Shown here: positions 8,142 through 18,435 of the stretch, piece after piece | Layout of the letters: each line of letters begins with the position of its first letter | Position numbering within the stretch: position 1 is the stretch's first letter | NCBI GenBank assembly: GCA_016201505.1 | Contig: JACQCQ010000012.1 | Span: 10,187-74,186 of the forward strand | Origin: Candidatus Sungiibacteriota bacterium | GTDB lineage: Bacteria > Patescibacteriota > Minisyncoccia > Sungbacterales > JACQCQ01 | Direction of reading: 5' to 3' | Length of the DNA: 64,000 bases | The notes under the pieces: model-generated | Databases searched by the model: none | Told to the model about the DNA's origin: nothing | What the model saw: the letters and a program-made list of their open reading frames with translations, nothing else | Made by a program: the position numbers and the translations under genes

Positions 8142-8660
8142 TCAGTATTCTATCCCCCGCTTGCCTTTAATGCCCGCTTGATACGGATGCTTCACCTCTT
8201 TCATTTCAGTAATTAAATCGGCGCGTCGTATCACTTCTTTGTCTGCATCCCTGCCGGTCAAAACTAAATGCTTGTCTTTAGGGAACGCGTCAATAAATCG
8301 AAGCACACTCTCAAGCGAAATTAAATTAAGAGCGAGGGCATTGTTGATTTCATCTAAAATGAGCATATCCCAATTGGCTTCCTTTGTTTCTTTCTCCGCC
8401 ATGAGAAGAGCCTCACGAGCGGCAGTTTCATGCGCTTCTCGCGGCAGCGAGTCACCCAGGATGCCGACAAATCCCCTGCCCATTTTGCGCAACAGAAAAT
8501 TAGGCGCGAGTAATTTAGCTGACTCATCCTCGCCCGATTTCCAGGGGCCTTTGATAAACTGAATCATCAAAACTTTTTTCCCCTCACCGACCGCCCGCAA
8601 GGCTTGACCCAAGGCGGCGGTGGTTTTTCCTTTGCCGTTTCCAGTGTTTACGATGATCAT
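8142..8660 (-). CDS. btuR: cob(I)yrinic acid a,c-diamide / corrinoid adenosyltransferase (CobA/BtuR/CobO family)
   Basis: MIIVNTGNGKGKTTAALG P-loop and a 172-aa length typical of the CobA family. Confidence 0.85.
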   Translation of the reverse strand: MIIVNTGNGKGKTTAALGQALRAVGEGKKVLMIQFIKGPWKSGEDESAKLLAPNFLLRKMGRGFVGILGDSLPREAHETAAREALLMAEKETKEANWDMLILDEINNALALNLISLESVLRFIDAFPKDKHLVLTGRDADKEVIRRADLITEMKEVKHPYQAGIKGKRGIEY

Positions 8661-8908
8661 AATTTTAAACTAAAGGCGCGATCTGTATGAGATCACGCCC
8701 CTCCCAAGCCCGCCTAAATCTTTACCAAAAAAACTTAGGCGGACCAAGGAAATTTTTTATTTAAACAAAGCACAGAGCGTCACCTTGAGAAAGCCTCAAG
8801 CGAAGGATAGATTTTTCTTCATCGGGCTGGCGGCGGGATCATATGCCTAGCTCGCCTTGGCGAGCATCTAGCAATATAGGCGTGAAGAAAAATTTGTCCG
8901 AGCGTCCT

Positions 8909-11647
8909 TCAGCAGCCGCCGGAGGCCATCCCGCATTGCAGACACGTCTTGCAACTTCCGGTCTGCACCATCATGCCGCCGCACATCCGGCAGACCGTAT
9001 CGGAGAACACAATACGCACGTGAGATTTTTCAGCGGCGTGAATTTCATCCCTTATTTTCGTAATGGGTGCGAGCGTCGCCAGCGGTTCGCTCGCCGCCGC
9101 CTGGTGCTCTTCGGCTGTTCGAGTATCAATACCCAGTTCAAACCAACTCTCTTTCGGCAGAAATCGATAGGCCAGATAACGGAAAATATAATCGGTGATT
9201 GACAAAGCCACGGGAATATCGGGATTTTCGGTGACACCCGCCGGCTCATAGCGGCCGTAAATATATTTCGAAGCCAGCTCTTTTAATGGCACGCCATATC
9301 TCAGCGCAATCGAAATCGAGAGCGCGAATACGTCAAGCAGTCCGGCGAGCGTCGAGCCCTGCTTGGCAATGCGGATAAAAATTTCAGCCAGCGTCCCGTC
9401 TTCGAACATCGAATAGGTTAAATACCCATCGTGCCCGGCGATCGAGAACTTATGCGTTTCGGATTGCCTCGTCGTCGGGAGCGCCCTTTTTTGCGGCTCG
9501 AGTTTCAAGGTCTGCTGGCCGCCTTTACCCGAGATAGTGGCGAGAGGTTGAGCGCCTTTTGACCCGTCACGGTAGATGGCGAAGGCTTTAATCCCCATCT
9601 TCCAAGCCATGACATATGAGTCCATGATTTCTTCCGGTGTCGTTTCATACGGCATGTTAAATGTTTTGGAAATGGCGCCGGAAATAAATGACTGGGCAGC
9701 GGCCACGACGCGAACATGTCCTGGCCAGGCAATGGAACGCTTGCCGTTACCCGGAGCGACGGCCGCGTCAAAAATCGGGAGATGCGAATCTTTCAAATGC
9801 GGCGCGCCCTCAATCGTTCCTTTTTCTTCCACCCAATGAAGCATGTCTTCAATTTCGCCCGCCGAGTATCCCAGAGTTTTTAAGGCCCGCGGCACCACAC
9901 GATTTACAATCTTCATATACCCGCCGCCGACTAATTGCTTCATGGCGATATGGGCGAATACCGGTTCGATGCCCGTCGTGTCGCAGTCCATCATAAATGA
10001 AATCGTGCCGGTCGGCGCAATCACCGTCGCCTGCGCATTGCGAACGCCATACTGCTTCCCCAGTTTTACGGCCTCGTCCCAGACTTCTTTCGCCGCGCGA
10101 AAGACGTTCTGGTCATGGATTTTTTCTTTTTTAACTTTGGCCAGTTCCGCGCGATGCTTCTCAAGCACCCGCAGCATCGGTTTTTTGTTTATCTCAAATC
10201 CGGCGAACGGCCCCACCCGCGAGGCGAGCACCGCCGACTGCCGATAGGCTTCACCCGTCATAATGGCGGTTAATGCGCCTGTCCAGGCAACGGATTCTTC
10301 CGAATCATAGGCGTATCCCATCGACATCAGGAGTGCGCCGAGATTGGCATAGCCGAGGCCGAGTTGTCTAAAATCGTGCGTATTTTTAGCAATCGCTTCG
10401 GTCGGGTACGACGAGCCGTCCACCAGAATTTCTTGCGCCGAAATCATGATGCGAATGGTGTGGCGGTAGAGATCCGCATTAAAAGTGTTATCGTCGCGCA
10501 AATATTTCAGCAGATTAATCGAAGCCAAATTGCAGGCCGAATTATCAATGTGCTGATACTCGGCGCAGGGGTTGGTGGCGTTAATCCGGGCGGTATTGGC
10601 GGCGGTATTCCAGTCGTTGGCCGTATCGTCAAACATCATGCCGGGATCCCCCGAGCCCCAAGCGGCTTCGGCAATCAGCTGCATTAAGTCACGGGCGCGA
10701 TGGGTATCGGCAATTTCGCCCGTGGTGCGGTATTTCGTATGGAATTCGCCGTCAACTTCAAAAGCCCGCATGAATTCATCCGTGACACGCACCGAGTTAT
10801 TGGCATTCTGGTACTGAATCGAATTCCAGGCCTCATGATTTAAGTCAGCCATATCGTAACCCGCAGCCGACAGCGCCCGGACTTTCTTTTCTTCCTCGGC
10901 TTTGCTTTTTATAAATTCAACGATATCCGGATGATCAATATTTAAAATCACCATTTTGGCAGCCCTACGTGTGGTACCGCCCGACTTAATCATGCCGGCC
11001 ACCGAGTCCGCGCCGCGCATAAATGACATCGGCCCTGAACTGCGTCCGCCCTTGGATAAAGGCTCGCGGGATGATCGCAATTGAGATAGGTTCACGCCTG
11101 ACCCGGAACCCATTTTAAAAATCATGCCCTCGGTTCTAATCCACTCCAGAATGGATTCCATCGAGTCATCCACTTTCAAAATGAAACAGGCCGAACATTG
11201 CGGTTTTTCATAAATGCCGAGGTTAAACCAAACCGGCGAATTAAATGCGGCGTGCTGATGCAATAAAATGTAGGTCAGCTCATCGCCAAAAATTTTGGCT
11301 TCCTCTTTGCTTTTAAAATGTCCGAAAGACTGGCCCCAGCCGACAATGGTACGCACCACGCGATCAATTAATTGTTTTAAAGATTTTTCGCGGGTTGCCG
11401 TATCGGCTTTGCCTTTAAAATATTTTGTGACTGCAATTTGGACCGCGTTGTCCGACCAAAAATCAGGAAATTCATTTTCCGTTTCGACTGTGGTGCCATC
11501 GGCTTTCTTCATCGTCACTTTTTTCCAGACCCAACCGACTTCATCGTAGGGATGCGCGCCCTCTTTGGTATACACACGCAAAAAGCGCGCGGCGGGCAGG
11601 TCGAGTGAAGACCGATTTTCATCGGTGCGGACTTTAGTTTGGGGCAT
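8909..11647 (-). CDS. nrdJ: ribonucleoside-diphosphate/triphosphate reductase, class II (adenosylcobalamin-dependent)
   Basis: 912 aa with ...NPCAEYQHIDNSACNLASINL... active-site cysteine region and a C-terminal CxxC...CxxC tail. Long RNR alpha chain with no NrdAB/EF partner. Confidence 0.9.
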   Translation of the reverse strand: MPQTKVRTDENRSSLDLPAARFLRVYTKEGAHPYDEVGWVWKKVTMKKADGTTVETENEFPDFWSDNAVQIAVTKYFKGKADTATREKSLKQLIDRVVRTIVGWGQSFGHFKSKEEAKIFGDELTYILLHQHAAFNSPVWFNLGIYEKPQCSACFILKVDDSMESILEWIRTEGMIFKMGSGSGVNLSQLRSSREPLSKGGRSSGPMSFMRGADSVAGMIKSGGTTRRAAKMVILNIDHPDIVEFIKSKAEEEKKVRALSAAGYDMADLNHEAWNSIQYQNANNSVRVTDEFMRAFEVDGEFHTKYRTTGEIADTHRARDLMQLIAEAAWGSGDPGMMFDDTANDWNTAANTARINATNPCAEYQHIDNSACNLASINLLKYLRDDNTFNADLYRHTIRIMISAQEILVDGSSYPTEAIAKNTHDFRQLGLGYANLGALLMSMGYAYDSEESVAWTGALTAIMTGEAYRQSAVLASRVGPFAGFEINKKPMLRVLEKHRAELAKVKKEKIHDQNVFRAAKEVWDEAVKLGKQYGVRNAQATVIAPTGTISFMMDCDTTGIEPVFAHIAMKQLVGGGYMKIVNRVVPRALKTLGYSAGEIEDMLHWVEEKGTIEGAPHLKDSHLPIFDAAVAPGNGKRSIAWPGHVRVVAAAQSFISGAISKTFNMPYETTPEEIMDSYVMAWKMGIKAFAIYRDGSKGAQPLATISGKGGQQTLKLEPQKRALPTTRQSETHKFSIAGHDGYLTYSMFEDGTLAEIFIRIAKQGSTLAGLLDVFALSISIALRYGVPLKELASKYIYGRYEPAGVTENPDIPVALSITDYIFRYLAYRFLPKESWFELGIDTRTAEEHQAAASEPLATLAPITKIRDEIHAAEKSHVRIVFSDTVCRMCGGMMVQTGSCKTCLQCGMASGGC

Positions 11648-11943
11648 AGGTTAAAAATTCTGCAGTGGATACGATCCGGCGGGTATTTTTTAGATAAAAA
11701 AACACCATCAGGCGATGAGTCTTGATCTTCATCGAACAAAATTGGTGTGTCTCCATCATAATCGTGAATCTTTTTTCTTGAATCCGACCTTCCAAAAAAT
11801 TTGCGACTCGCCGAACCTACGACACGAACGCTTCACTGCCAACTGTAAAAGAATAATGAAAAGGTATAGGTATGATACGCCGATGACCCCGGCCGGCAAT
11901 CGGCCTTATCCACAGAAAAATTCATACAAGTATGAAAAATCTA

Positions 11944-11983
11944 GCTCCAAAACAAAAATACCCCGCCGCGGCGGGGTATTTTT
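11944..11983. terminator. rho-independent terminator downstream of ftsZ
   Basis: caaaaataccccgccgc ggcggggtatttttg, a perfect GC stem flanked by A-run and T-run. Confidence 0.75.
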
Positions 11984-11989
11984 GTTAAA

Positions 11990-13090
11990 TCACTTCTTTC
12001 TCCGCAAGAATGCCGGCACGGCGTCCCACTCGTCTTGTTTTTCTTCAGTCGCCTCTTGGCGCACCTCGCGTTTTTGCAAATCGGTGGCAAACATCGGCAT
12101 GCGGCGCATCTCGGCCTTCTCTTCGCGACGCGCCTCAGACGGAAAACCGGTGGCGATCACCGTAATCTTCACTTCTCCCTTCTTTAATCTCTCATCATGC
12201 ACCGCACCAAAGATGATTTTTGCCTCTTTGTCTACATTTTCTGTAATGACTTTGGCGGCGTCGTTAATTTCCCACATCGTAAGGTCCTGATTTCCCGCAA
12301 TATTGAATACCACACCCCGCGCACCATCAATTGACATATCGAGTAGGGGCGAATTGATGGCATTTTTGGCGGCCTCAACCGCGCGATCGTCTCCCGAGGC
12401 CGTCCCCACACCCATCAACGCCGAACCGGCGTCATGCAGTACTGCGCGAATGTCGGCAAAATCAAGATTTACAATTCCCGGCAACGTAATCAAATCCGAA
12501 ATTCCCTGAACGGCCTGTCGCAAAACTTCATCGCACATATCGAAGGCGGTCAGCAGCGAAGTCTCCCGCGTAATAATTTTTAACAAATTATCGTTCTTGA
12601 TGGTGATTAAGGCATCCACACGCTCTTTTAATTGAGCAATGCCTTCTTCCGCCACGCGCATTCTTTGCGCTCCTTCAAAAGCAAAGGGTGTCGTTGTCAC
12701 TCCAATCGTCAGTGCGCCCGACTGCTTGGCCACATCGGCGATGACCGGACCGCATCCGGTGAATGTTCCGCCGCCCATGCCGCCGACGACAAAAACCATG
12801 TCGGCTCCCTTCATGACTTCGTGAATCTCATCGCGATTTTCTTCTGCGGCTTGGCGGCCGCGATCCGGATCCATGCCGGTGCCAAGACCTCTGGTTAAAT
12901 TTTTTCCGATGTGGATTTTTTTATTGGCTTTGGTGTGATGCAAATCCTGCGCATCAGTATTAATCGCAATAAACTGAACGCCCTGCAGCTTATGCTCCAC
13001 CATGCGAGTCACGGCCTTGCCGCCGGAGCCTCCAGCTCCCACCACTTTAATACGGGCGGACGTCTCTAAATCTGGTTTTGTTTGTGGCAT
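11990..13090 (-). CDS. ftsZ: cell division GTPase FtsZ
   Basis: IKVVGAGGSGGKAV, FIAINTDAQDL, GGMGGGTFTG tubulin signature. Confidence 0.95.
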   Translation of the reverse strand: MPQTKPDLETSARIKVVGAGGSGGKAVTRMVEHKLQGVQFIAINTDAQDLHHTKANKKIHIGKNLTRGLGTGMDPDRGRQAAEENRDEIHEVMKGADMVFVVGGMGGGTFTGCGPVIADVAKQSGALTIGVTTTPFAFEGAQRMRVAEEGIAQLKERVDALITIKNDNLLKIITRETSLLTAFDMCDEVLRQAVQGISDLITLPGIVNLDFADIRAVLHDAGSALMGVGTASGDDRAVEAAKNAINSPLLDMSIDGARGVVFNIAGNQDLTMWEINDAAKVITENVDKEAKIIFGAVHDERLKKGEVKITVIATGFPSEARREEKAEMRRMPMFATDLQKREVRQEATEEKQDEWDAVPAFLRRKK

Positions 13091-13284
13091 ATAAAAAATA
13101 AAAGCCCCTTGACAGAGCCTGATAGAAGTTATCTGATATCGGCTCCGAAAGCCCTTTTCTCTGAATGCTAAAGATACCCCACCTTAGCACACCCGGCTTT
13201 ATGTCTGCAACGATCTCGGCGGTCATGCTCTATCTCTATATGAAGCCAAATCAAGCCGTTATCCACAAAAAAGTAACAGCCCAG

Positions 13285-14517
13285 CTAGGGAAATAACAGG
13301 CTGTAGAGCTTCTTTAACCATGAGGGAGCCCCGCCACCTTCCACGTCGGCCAGCGATAGGAGAGATTCACTGCTTTTTGTGCGTCTCCATTCGAGTAGTC
13401 CAATGGCGGTGGCCAGTTGTGCACGGTCTCGCTCATGGACATATTCGGAAAAACTCTTTAAATCGCCAAGCTCGCAGGGTAGATGCAACTCGCGTTTGGC
13501 AATCTGCAAAACACCAGGGATGCGCGACCCTCCGCCAATTAACACCGCGCCCGCCGGCAATAACTGTGTTTTATTTATTTTTTTAATTTCTTTATTGACT
13601 AATTCAAAAATATCGGAAAATCTGGCCTCAATAATTTCCGCAATCTCGCGGCGCGGAAATACGGCGTCATCTTCTGCGACGAATTCAGATAAGTGAATCG
13701 ATTCCTTTTTTGAAATTTCTTCGGGGATAGCGTGGCCGTATTTTAATTTAATCAATTCGGCAACATCCACGCGCGTCTGCAGGACGATGGCAATGTCATT
13801 GGTAATGTGCGCCGTGCCGTAGGGAAATCCGCCGGCATGCACCAACCTGCCTTCTTCAAAGACAGCGAAGTTTGTCGTCCCCCCGCCGATGTCAATTAAA
13901 ATGACGCCAAGTTCCTTCTGCCGTTTTGAGAGCACCGCGGCTGCCGAGGCGAGAGGAGAGAAAACAAATTCCGTAATTTTACATCCCGCCGCCTCGATGC
14001 ATTTTGATAAATTACGAATGGCAGAAACGGACGCATCAACAATCAAGGCGTCGACCTCAAGCCGCACGCCGTTCATGCCCACTGGATCTTTAATTCCGCC
14101 CTCATTATCAACCCGGAATTCTCTAGGGATAATATGCAAAATTTCTCGATTGGGATTTTTCGGAATAAAGGTCTCGGCGGCCGAAAGCACGCGCCGTACA
14201 TCTTCCTCCGAGACGTCGCCATCAGCCCGCGAAACAGCCACCACTCCGCGAGAAGAGGAAACCAAGAGATGCGGCCCGCCGATGGAAACAAAGCAAGACT
14301 TGGGGGACAGGCCAGCTTCTTTGGCAGCCTCATAGAGGGCCACTTTAATCGAGTGTCCGGCTTCATCTAGGTCAATCACCGCTCCCTTTCTGATACCGGC
14401 TGCCGGCGCAATGCCGATGCCTAAAATGCGCGGCGTCTCATCCGGCTTACATTCAGCAATCAGGGCATGCACCATCGACGTACCCACATCGAGGGCGAGA
14501 ACTATATCCCGTGGCAT
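13285..14517 (-). CDS. ftsA: cell division protein FtsA
   Basis: Actin-like ATPase: DVGTSMVHALIAE..., DIGGGTTNFAVF, LIGGGSRIPG. It lies upstream of ftsZ and ends with a TAG stop. Confidence 0.9.
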   Translation of the reverse strand: MPRDIVLALDVGTSMVHALIAECKPDETPRILGIGIAPAAGIRKGAVIDLDEAGHSIKVALYEAAKEAGLSPKSCFVSIGGPHLLVSSSRGVVAVSRADGDVSEEDVRRVLSAAETFIPKNPNREILHIIPREFRVDNEGGIKDPVGMNGVRLEVDALIVDASVSAIRNLSKCIEAAGCKITEFVFSPLASAAAVLSKRQKELGVILIDIGGGTTNFAVFEEGRLVHAGGFPYGTAHITNDIAIVLQTRVDVAELIKLKYGHAIPEEISKKESIHLSEFVAEDDAVFPRREIAEIIEARFSDIFELVNKEIKKINKTQLLPAGAVLIGGGSRIPGVLQIAKRELHLPCELGDLKSFSEYVHERDRAQLATAIGLLEWRRTKSSESLLSLADVEGGGAPSWLKKLYSLLFP

Positions 14518-14526
14518 AGCAGAAGT

Positions 14527-15015
14527 CTACGTCCGGCGGGCGAGAATCCGGTTTTCCAGCGCCTCCATCTGCTTTTTTCCCCGCGCCCCTCGCTCGTGGT
14601 CGTAGCCTAATGTATGCAGAATACCATGGAGCGTAGTCCAGAAGAACTGTTGATAAAAGCTATTTTTAAACTTTTCGGCGTCTGTTTTCACGACCGCGGG
14701 AGCAATCACCATATCTCCTAAGTCGATGGTGCTCGGTGATGACGCGATGGCTTTTTGATCTTTATATTCAGCAAAAGATAAAACGTTGGTTGGTTTTTTT
14801 ATACGGCGGTATGTTTTATTTAATTGTTGAATTTCTGAATTTTTAACGAGTGAAATGCTGATCAGAATCTTCTTTTTTTTATGTAAAAAATGGAACTCCG
14901 GTTCATGCGCCAGTTCGCGAAAAATTGATCGAGCCATGCGGCGCGCAGTACGCGCGAGTCCGGGATTTCGGCACCGGTCAAAAATAGCAGCCGAAATGAT
15001 CATGCTATATGCCAA
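14527..15015 (-). CDS. ybeY: rRNA maturation endoribonuclease YbeY
   Basis: HGILHTLGYDHE metal-binding motif. Confidence 0.85.
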   Translation of the reverse strand: MAYSMIISAAIFDRCRNPGLARTARRMARSIFRELAHEPEFHFLHKKKKILISISLVKNSEIQQLNKTYRRIKKPTNVLSFAEYKDQKAIASSPSTIDLGDMVIAPAVVKTDAEKFKNSFYQQFFWTTLHGILHTLGYDHERGARGKKQMEALENRILARRT

Positions 15016-15481
15016 GCGCTGATTTCACGGCTTTTTGCACATGGTCGCCGGATGCGCGCCCGGCAAGCTTTTTCATCACGAGTCCCATGACTTTCCCAAA
15101 TTGTTTTTGGTCCGCGCCAATTTCATGAATCACTTCGCGGACATATTGTTCTACTTCGGCATCATCGGCTTCTTTCGGAAGATACGCCCGCAGGAGCTCT
15201 GCCTCCTCTAACTCTTTTTGGGCGAGCTCTGGGCGCGCGCCTTTTTCATATGCTTCGGCCGACTCTTTTCGTTTTTTGACTTCGGTGCGCAACGCAGTCA
15301 CCACTTCCTCATCAGAAAGCGCGGCGTCTTCGGCCGGACCGCCGGCTTTGACCTGGGCGGCGCGTTTTTTGAGCGCTTTATTTTTGAGCACCGACTGGGC
15401 GAGACGCAATGTCGAGAGTAAAAACGCATTCCTGGCTTTCAGCGCCGCCTTTATATCGAGACTAATTTTTTCTTCAAGCAT
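15005..15481 (-). CDS. GatB/YqeY domain protein
   Basis: MLEEKISLDIKAALKARNAFLLSTLRL...QVKAGG..., typical YqeY. Start taken at the internal Met. Confidence 0.7.
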   Translation of the reverse strand: MLEEKISLDIKAALKARNAFLLSTLRLAQSVLKNKALKKRAAQVKAGGPAEDAALSDEEVVTALRTEVKKRKESAEAYEKGARPELAQKELEEAELLRAYLPKEADDAEVEQYVREVIHEIGADQKQFGKVMGLVMKKLAGRASGDHVQKAVKSALGI

Positions 15482-15500
15482 GGAAAACCAAAAATCGGAA

Positions 15501-15737
15501 TTACCTCCCGACTTTCTTTTCATCCTTTAATTTTCCCAATTTTTCTAATTTCGAGCGTTCTTTTCTCTTTTGCAGACGGCGCAGAGCGCTGTCGCGTTTT
15601 TTAATTTTCGTCGGGGGCTTGGCGTAAAATCGAGTCTTGCGGGCATCTTTTAAAACACCGGACATCTGCACCCGGCGGGTAAATCGGCGCAGCAGCGCGC
15701 CAAACGTTTCCTTTTCTTTTCTGCGTACCTCTACCAT
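15501..15737 (-). CDS. rpsU: 30S ribosomal protein S21
   Basis: MVEVRRKEKETFGALLRRFTRRVQMSGVL...RFYAKPPTKIKK aligns to S21. The track ORF extends further upstream, but homology begins at MVEV. Confidence 0.85.
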   Translation of the reverse strand: MVEVRRKEKETFGALLRRFTRRVQMSGVLKDARKTRFYAKPPTKIKKRDSALRRLQKRKERSKLEKLGKLKDEKKVGR

Positions 15738-15765
15738 GAGTATTTTGTTCTTTGTATGCTGGTTT

Positions 15766-16122
15766 TTATTCTTTAAACGGAGCAACGGCATCAGGCGAAC
15801 CGCCCTCCCAGCCGCCGAGTAAATGCAGATGCAAATGATCAACGACTTGGCCGCCTTCGCGGCCGACATTAAATAGAAGTTTATAGCCCTTTAAGCGCTC
15901 GGAGGTTGCGATGTCTTTGGCCGTATAAACGAGCTTTGAGATGAGCGAGGCTTCGGCGGATTCAATATGATGGATCGAGTCTATGTGCTTTTTCGGGATA
16001 ATCAGCACATGCACCGGGGCCTTGGGGTGTATATCGCGAAAGGCCAAAACTTCGTTATCGGCGAATACCGTGTCCGATGGTAGCTCACTTTTTGAAATTT
16101 TGCAAAAGATGCAATCGGTCAT
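15766..16122 (-). CDS. HIT family (histidine triad) protein
   Basis: HxHxHxx motif: VDHLHLHLLGG. Confidence 0.85.
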   Translation of the reverse strand: MTDCIFCKISKSELPSDTVFADNEVLAFRDIHPKAPVHVLIIPKKHIDSIHHIESAEASLISKLVYTAKDIATSERLKGYKLLFNVGREGGQVVDHLHLHLLGGWEGGSPDAVAPFKE

Positions 16123-16217
16123 GCGTACATCATCGAATAACTAATCTTTTGCGAATATGCGAATTCGTTTATTCGTTTGAGATTCGAGATTCGCTGATAC
16201 TTATCACTAATAGCGTA

Positions 16218-17534
16218 TCACTTCTTCAATCTCTTTTTAAGTAAATCGATCAACTTATCCTGCGGAATAATTTCCTGAATGCCCGAATCCATTTCACGCA
16301 CCATCACCGTCCCGTCGATGGCTTCTTTTTGGCCGATAATCAGTCCAATCTCGGCCGAAACTTTTTGCGACAGGTGCAGCTGGGATTTAATACTATCTTT
16401 CCCGAGCGATTCATAAACCAGAATACCGGCTTTCCTAAGCTCTTCCATCAAAGATAAACTTTTTCTTTTCGCCAAGTCACCTAACTGAATTAAAATCACT
16501 TTCGGCTTGCTCGTATTAATCACCCGAATGCCCCGCTCGCGGATAACCTGCATGACGCGCTGAATGCCGATGGTCCCGCCGACTGCTGGCGTCGGAACGC
16601 CGCCCAATGTCTCAATTAAATCATCATACCGGCCGCCCGAGCCGATGGCCAAAACTTCTGAATCTTTGCGCGGCTCTTGGGCGTTCGGATCTTCAGCCAC
16701 AAATATTTCAAACAGCGTCCGGGTGTAATAATCAACGCCCTTTACCAAATATGGATTTAAAATATAGGGAATCTTGGACTCATCCAGAAATTCAAGTACC
16801 TGTTTAAAATGCGATTTACAGGGTTGGCATAAGTGATCAATGATGTTGGGTGCCTGTTCCTTTAAAATCGCGCACTTTTCATCGCGGCATTCGAGTACTT
16901 TTAACGGATTGTCTTTTAACTTGACACGACAGGAGCGGCAGATTTTAGCGACTTTGGGCCGATAATAATTGCCGAGCTGCGCTCGGATGATGCCCCGGCA
17001 TTCGCGGCATCCCAGACTGTTGATATGGATGAAAATATCGCGGATGCCGATTTCGGCCAGCAAAACAAACAGCACCTGCATGATGGTCGCATCTCCCACT
17101 GGCGATCCTTCGCCCAGCATTTCAAGCCCCCATTGATGAAATTCACGAAACCAGCCGCGCTCGATGACATCGTGCCGGAACATGGAACCTTGATAGGTCA
17201 ATTTCACCGGCTGCGGCAAATGGGCGAAATCATTTTGAATATACGATCGCGCCGCCGAAATACGCGCATCGGGTCGCAACGATAAGGTTTCGCCGTCTTT
17301 GGTCTTTAAAATGTAGAGCTGTTTTTTGGCGAGATCGCTTCTCTTGCCTAAGCCGGTAAGAAACAGCGCCGGATCTTCGATATGGGGAAACTCGACATGC
17401 TCAAAACCATAGAATTGAGAAATGGCTCTCGCCATCGACATAATACGATCCCACAGCCGCACGTCATCACCGTAAAAATCTTTGGTCCCGCGAAGCGCCA
17501 GAAATTCCTTTTGTTTTTTTGCGGATTGCGCCAT
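16218..17534 (-). CDS. hisS: histidyl-tRNA synthetase
   Basis: Class II aaRS with the HisRS N-terminus (LRGTKDFYGDD, GFEHVEFPHIE, RYDDL...) and a C-terminal anticodon-binding domain. Confidence 0.95.
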   Translation of the reverse strand: MAQSAKKQKEFLALRGTKDFYGDDVRLWDRIMSMARAISQFYGFEHVEFPHIEDPALFLTGLGKRSDLAKKQLYILKTKDGETLSLRPDARISAARSYIQNDFAHLPQPVKLTYQGSMFRHDVIERGWFREFHQWGLEMLGEGSPVGDATIMQVLFVLLAEIGIRDIFIHINSLGCRECRGIIRAQLGNYYRPKVAKICRSCRVKLKDNPLKVLECRDEKCAILKEQAPNIIDHLCQPCKSHFKQVLEFLDESKIPYILNPYLVKGVDYYTRTLFEIFVAEDPNAQEPRKDSEVLAIGSGGRYDDLIETLGGVPTPAVGGTIGIQRVMQVIRERGIRVINTSKPKVILIQLGDLAKRKSLSLMEELRKAGILVYESLGKDSIKSQLHLSQKVSAEIGLIIGQKEAIDGTVMVREMDSGIQEIIPQDKLIDLLKKRLKK

Positions 17535-17537
17535 AAA

Positions 17538-18125
17538 TTAATAAGCAGGCGTATGCACCAGGCCGGCTTCAGAAACAGGCCAGGCGCGAAGCGCCGCGCG
17601 GCCGGTAATTAAATCTCCGGGTAACACGCCCCATTTTCGCGAATCGAGTGAAAATGTTCGATTATCGCCCATCACGAAATATTGATCTGGGCCAAGCGTT
17701 ATTGAAGTCAAATCGCTGATGGTCGAAAGCCCCTTCGGCAAATACGGCTCACCCAACTCTTTGGGCACCCTGGATCCCGGCTCGGTAATAAAAACTTTCC
17801 CGCCGGCAATCGTTACGGTTTCCCCGGGCAGACCAATCACGCGTTTAATAAAATACTGCGACTCATCAAGCGGGAATTTAAACACAACCACATCGCCTCG
17901 CGCGGGCGCGTGCAGATGATAGCTCAACTCATCAATGATCAAGTAATTGCTCTCCTGAAAATTCGGCTCCATCGAGGCACCTTTTACAATAAACGGCTGG
18001 GCAACGAAATAGCGAATGGGAATCACAATCACCACCGCCACAATCAAAATTTTTACAAAATCCCAGGCTTCGCGAACTACACTTTTCCCATTCGAGGCCG
18101 CTTCTTCAGGCTCTTTTTCATCCAT
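17538..18125 (-). CDS. lepB: signal peptidase I
   Basis: GASMEPNF (Ser box), FIKRVIGLPGETV, GDNRTFSLDSR. Confidence 0.85.
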   Translation of the reverse strand: MDEKEPEEAASNGKSVVREAWDFVKILIVAVVIVIPIRYFVAQPFIVKGASMEPNFQESNYLIIDELSYHLHAPARGDVVVFKFPLDESQYFIKRVIGLPGETVTIAGGKVFITEPGSRVPKELGEPYLPKGLSTISDLTSITLGPDQYFVMGDNRTFSLDSRKWGVLPGDLITGRAALRAWPVSEAGLVHTPAY

Positions 18126-18435
18126 ACCCGGTCAGTGAAACCCAGCAGTAGAGCATATGCTCACCACTGGGCAAGCTTCAAATTATGATTAAATAAGTAT
18201 TTACACCCCGGCGTGAGAAGCGAAGCCCAGTATGATACGAAGTATTCGTGCTGGGGTTTCCCTGCCGGGCATAAAATCTAAAGGATAAGCTATAGTAACC
18301 CGAAAATGGCCTCATTTCAAGCCCCAGGGCAGAAATAAGAAGCAGGAATGAGGCATTAAGACGGCGGCACGAAACGCGTATTTTCTATTATTTGTTCTTC
18401 CTTGTTTCTTATACTTTATTCTTTATTCTTAATTC

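Noticed and set aside
11648-11943. Looked for a cobalamin riboswitch or NrdR boxes upstream of nrdJ, and in the nrdJ-btuR spacer.
   Set aside because: No B12 box (GCCACUG) or tandem ACACTATATATAGTGT-like palindromes are recognisable by eye; left as an open question.
11715-12290. Plus-strand 191-aa ORF, and other long antisense ORFs (27640-28443, 35470-36144, 4738-5223, 8239-8562, 9843-10247, 20155-20472, 36931-37497, 57480-58133, 60756-61127).
   Set aside because: Each is antisense to a gene with unambiguous homology (ftsZ, rel, leuS, NUDIX, btuR, nrdJ, mfd, leuS, ABC permease, polX) and has biased, low-complexity composition.
18126-18435. 310-nt lepB/pth divergent spacer inspected for SRP RNA or 6S RNA.
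   Set aside because: It contains only short hairpins and no SRP domain-IV motif. It most likely holds just divergent promoters, and evidence is insufficient to call an ncRNA.
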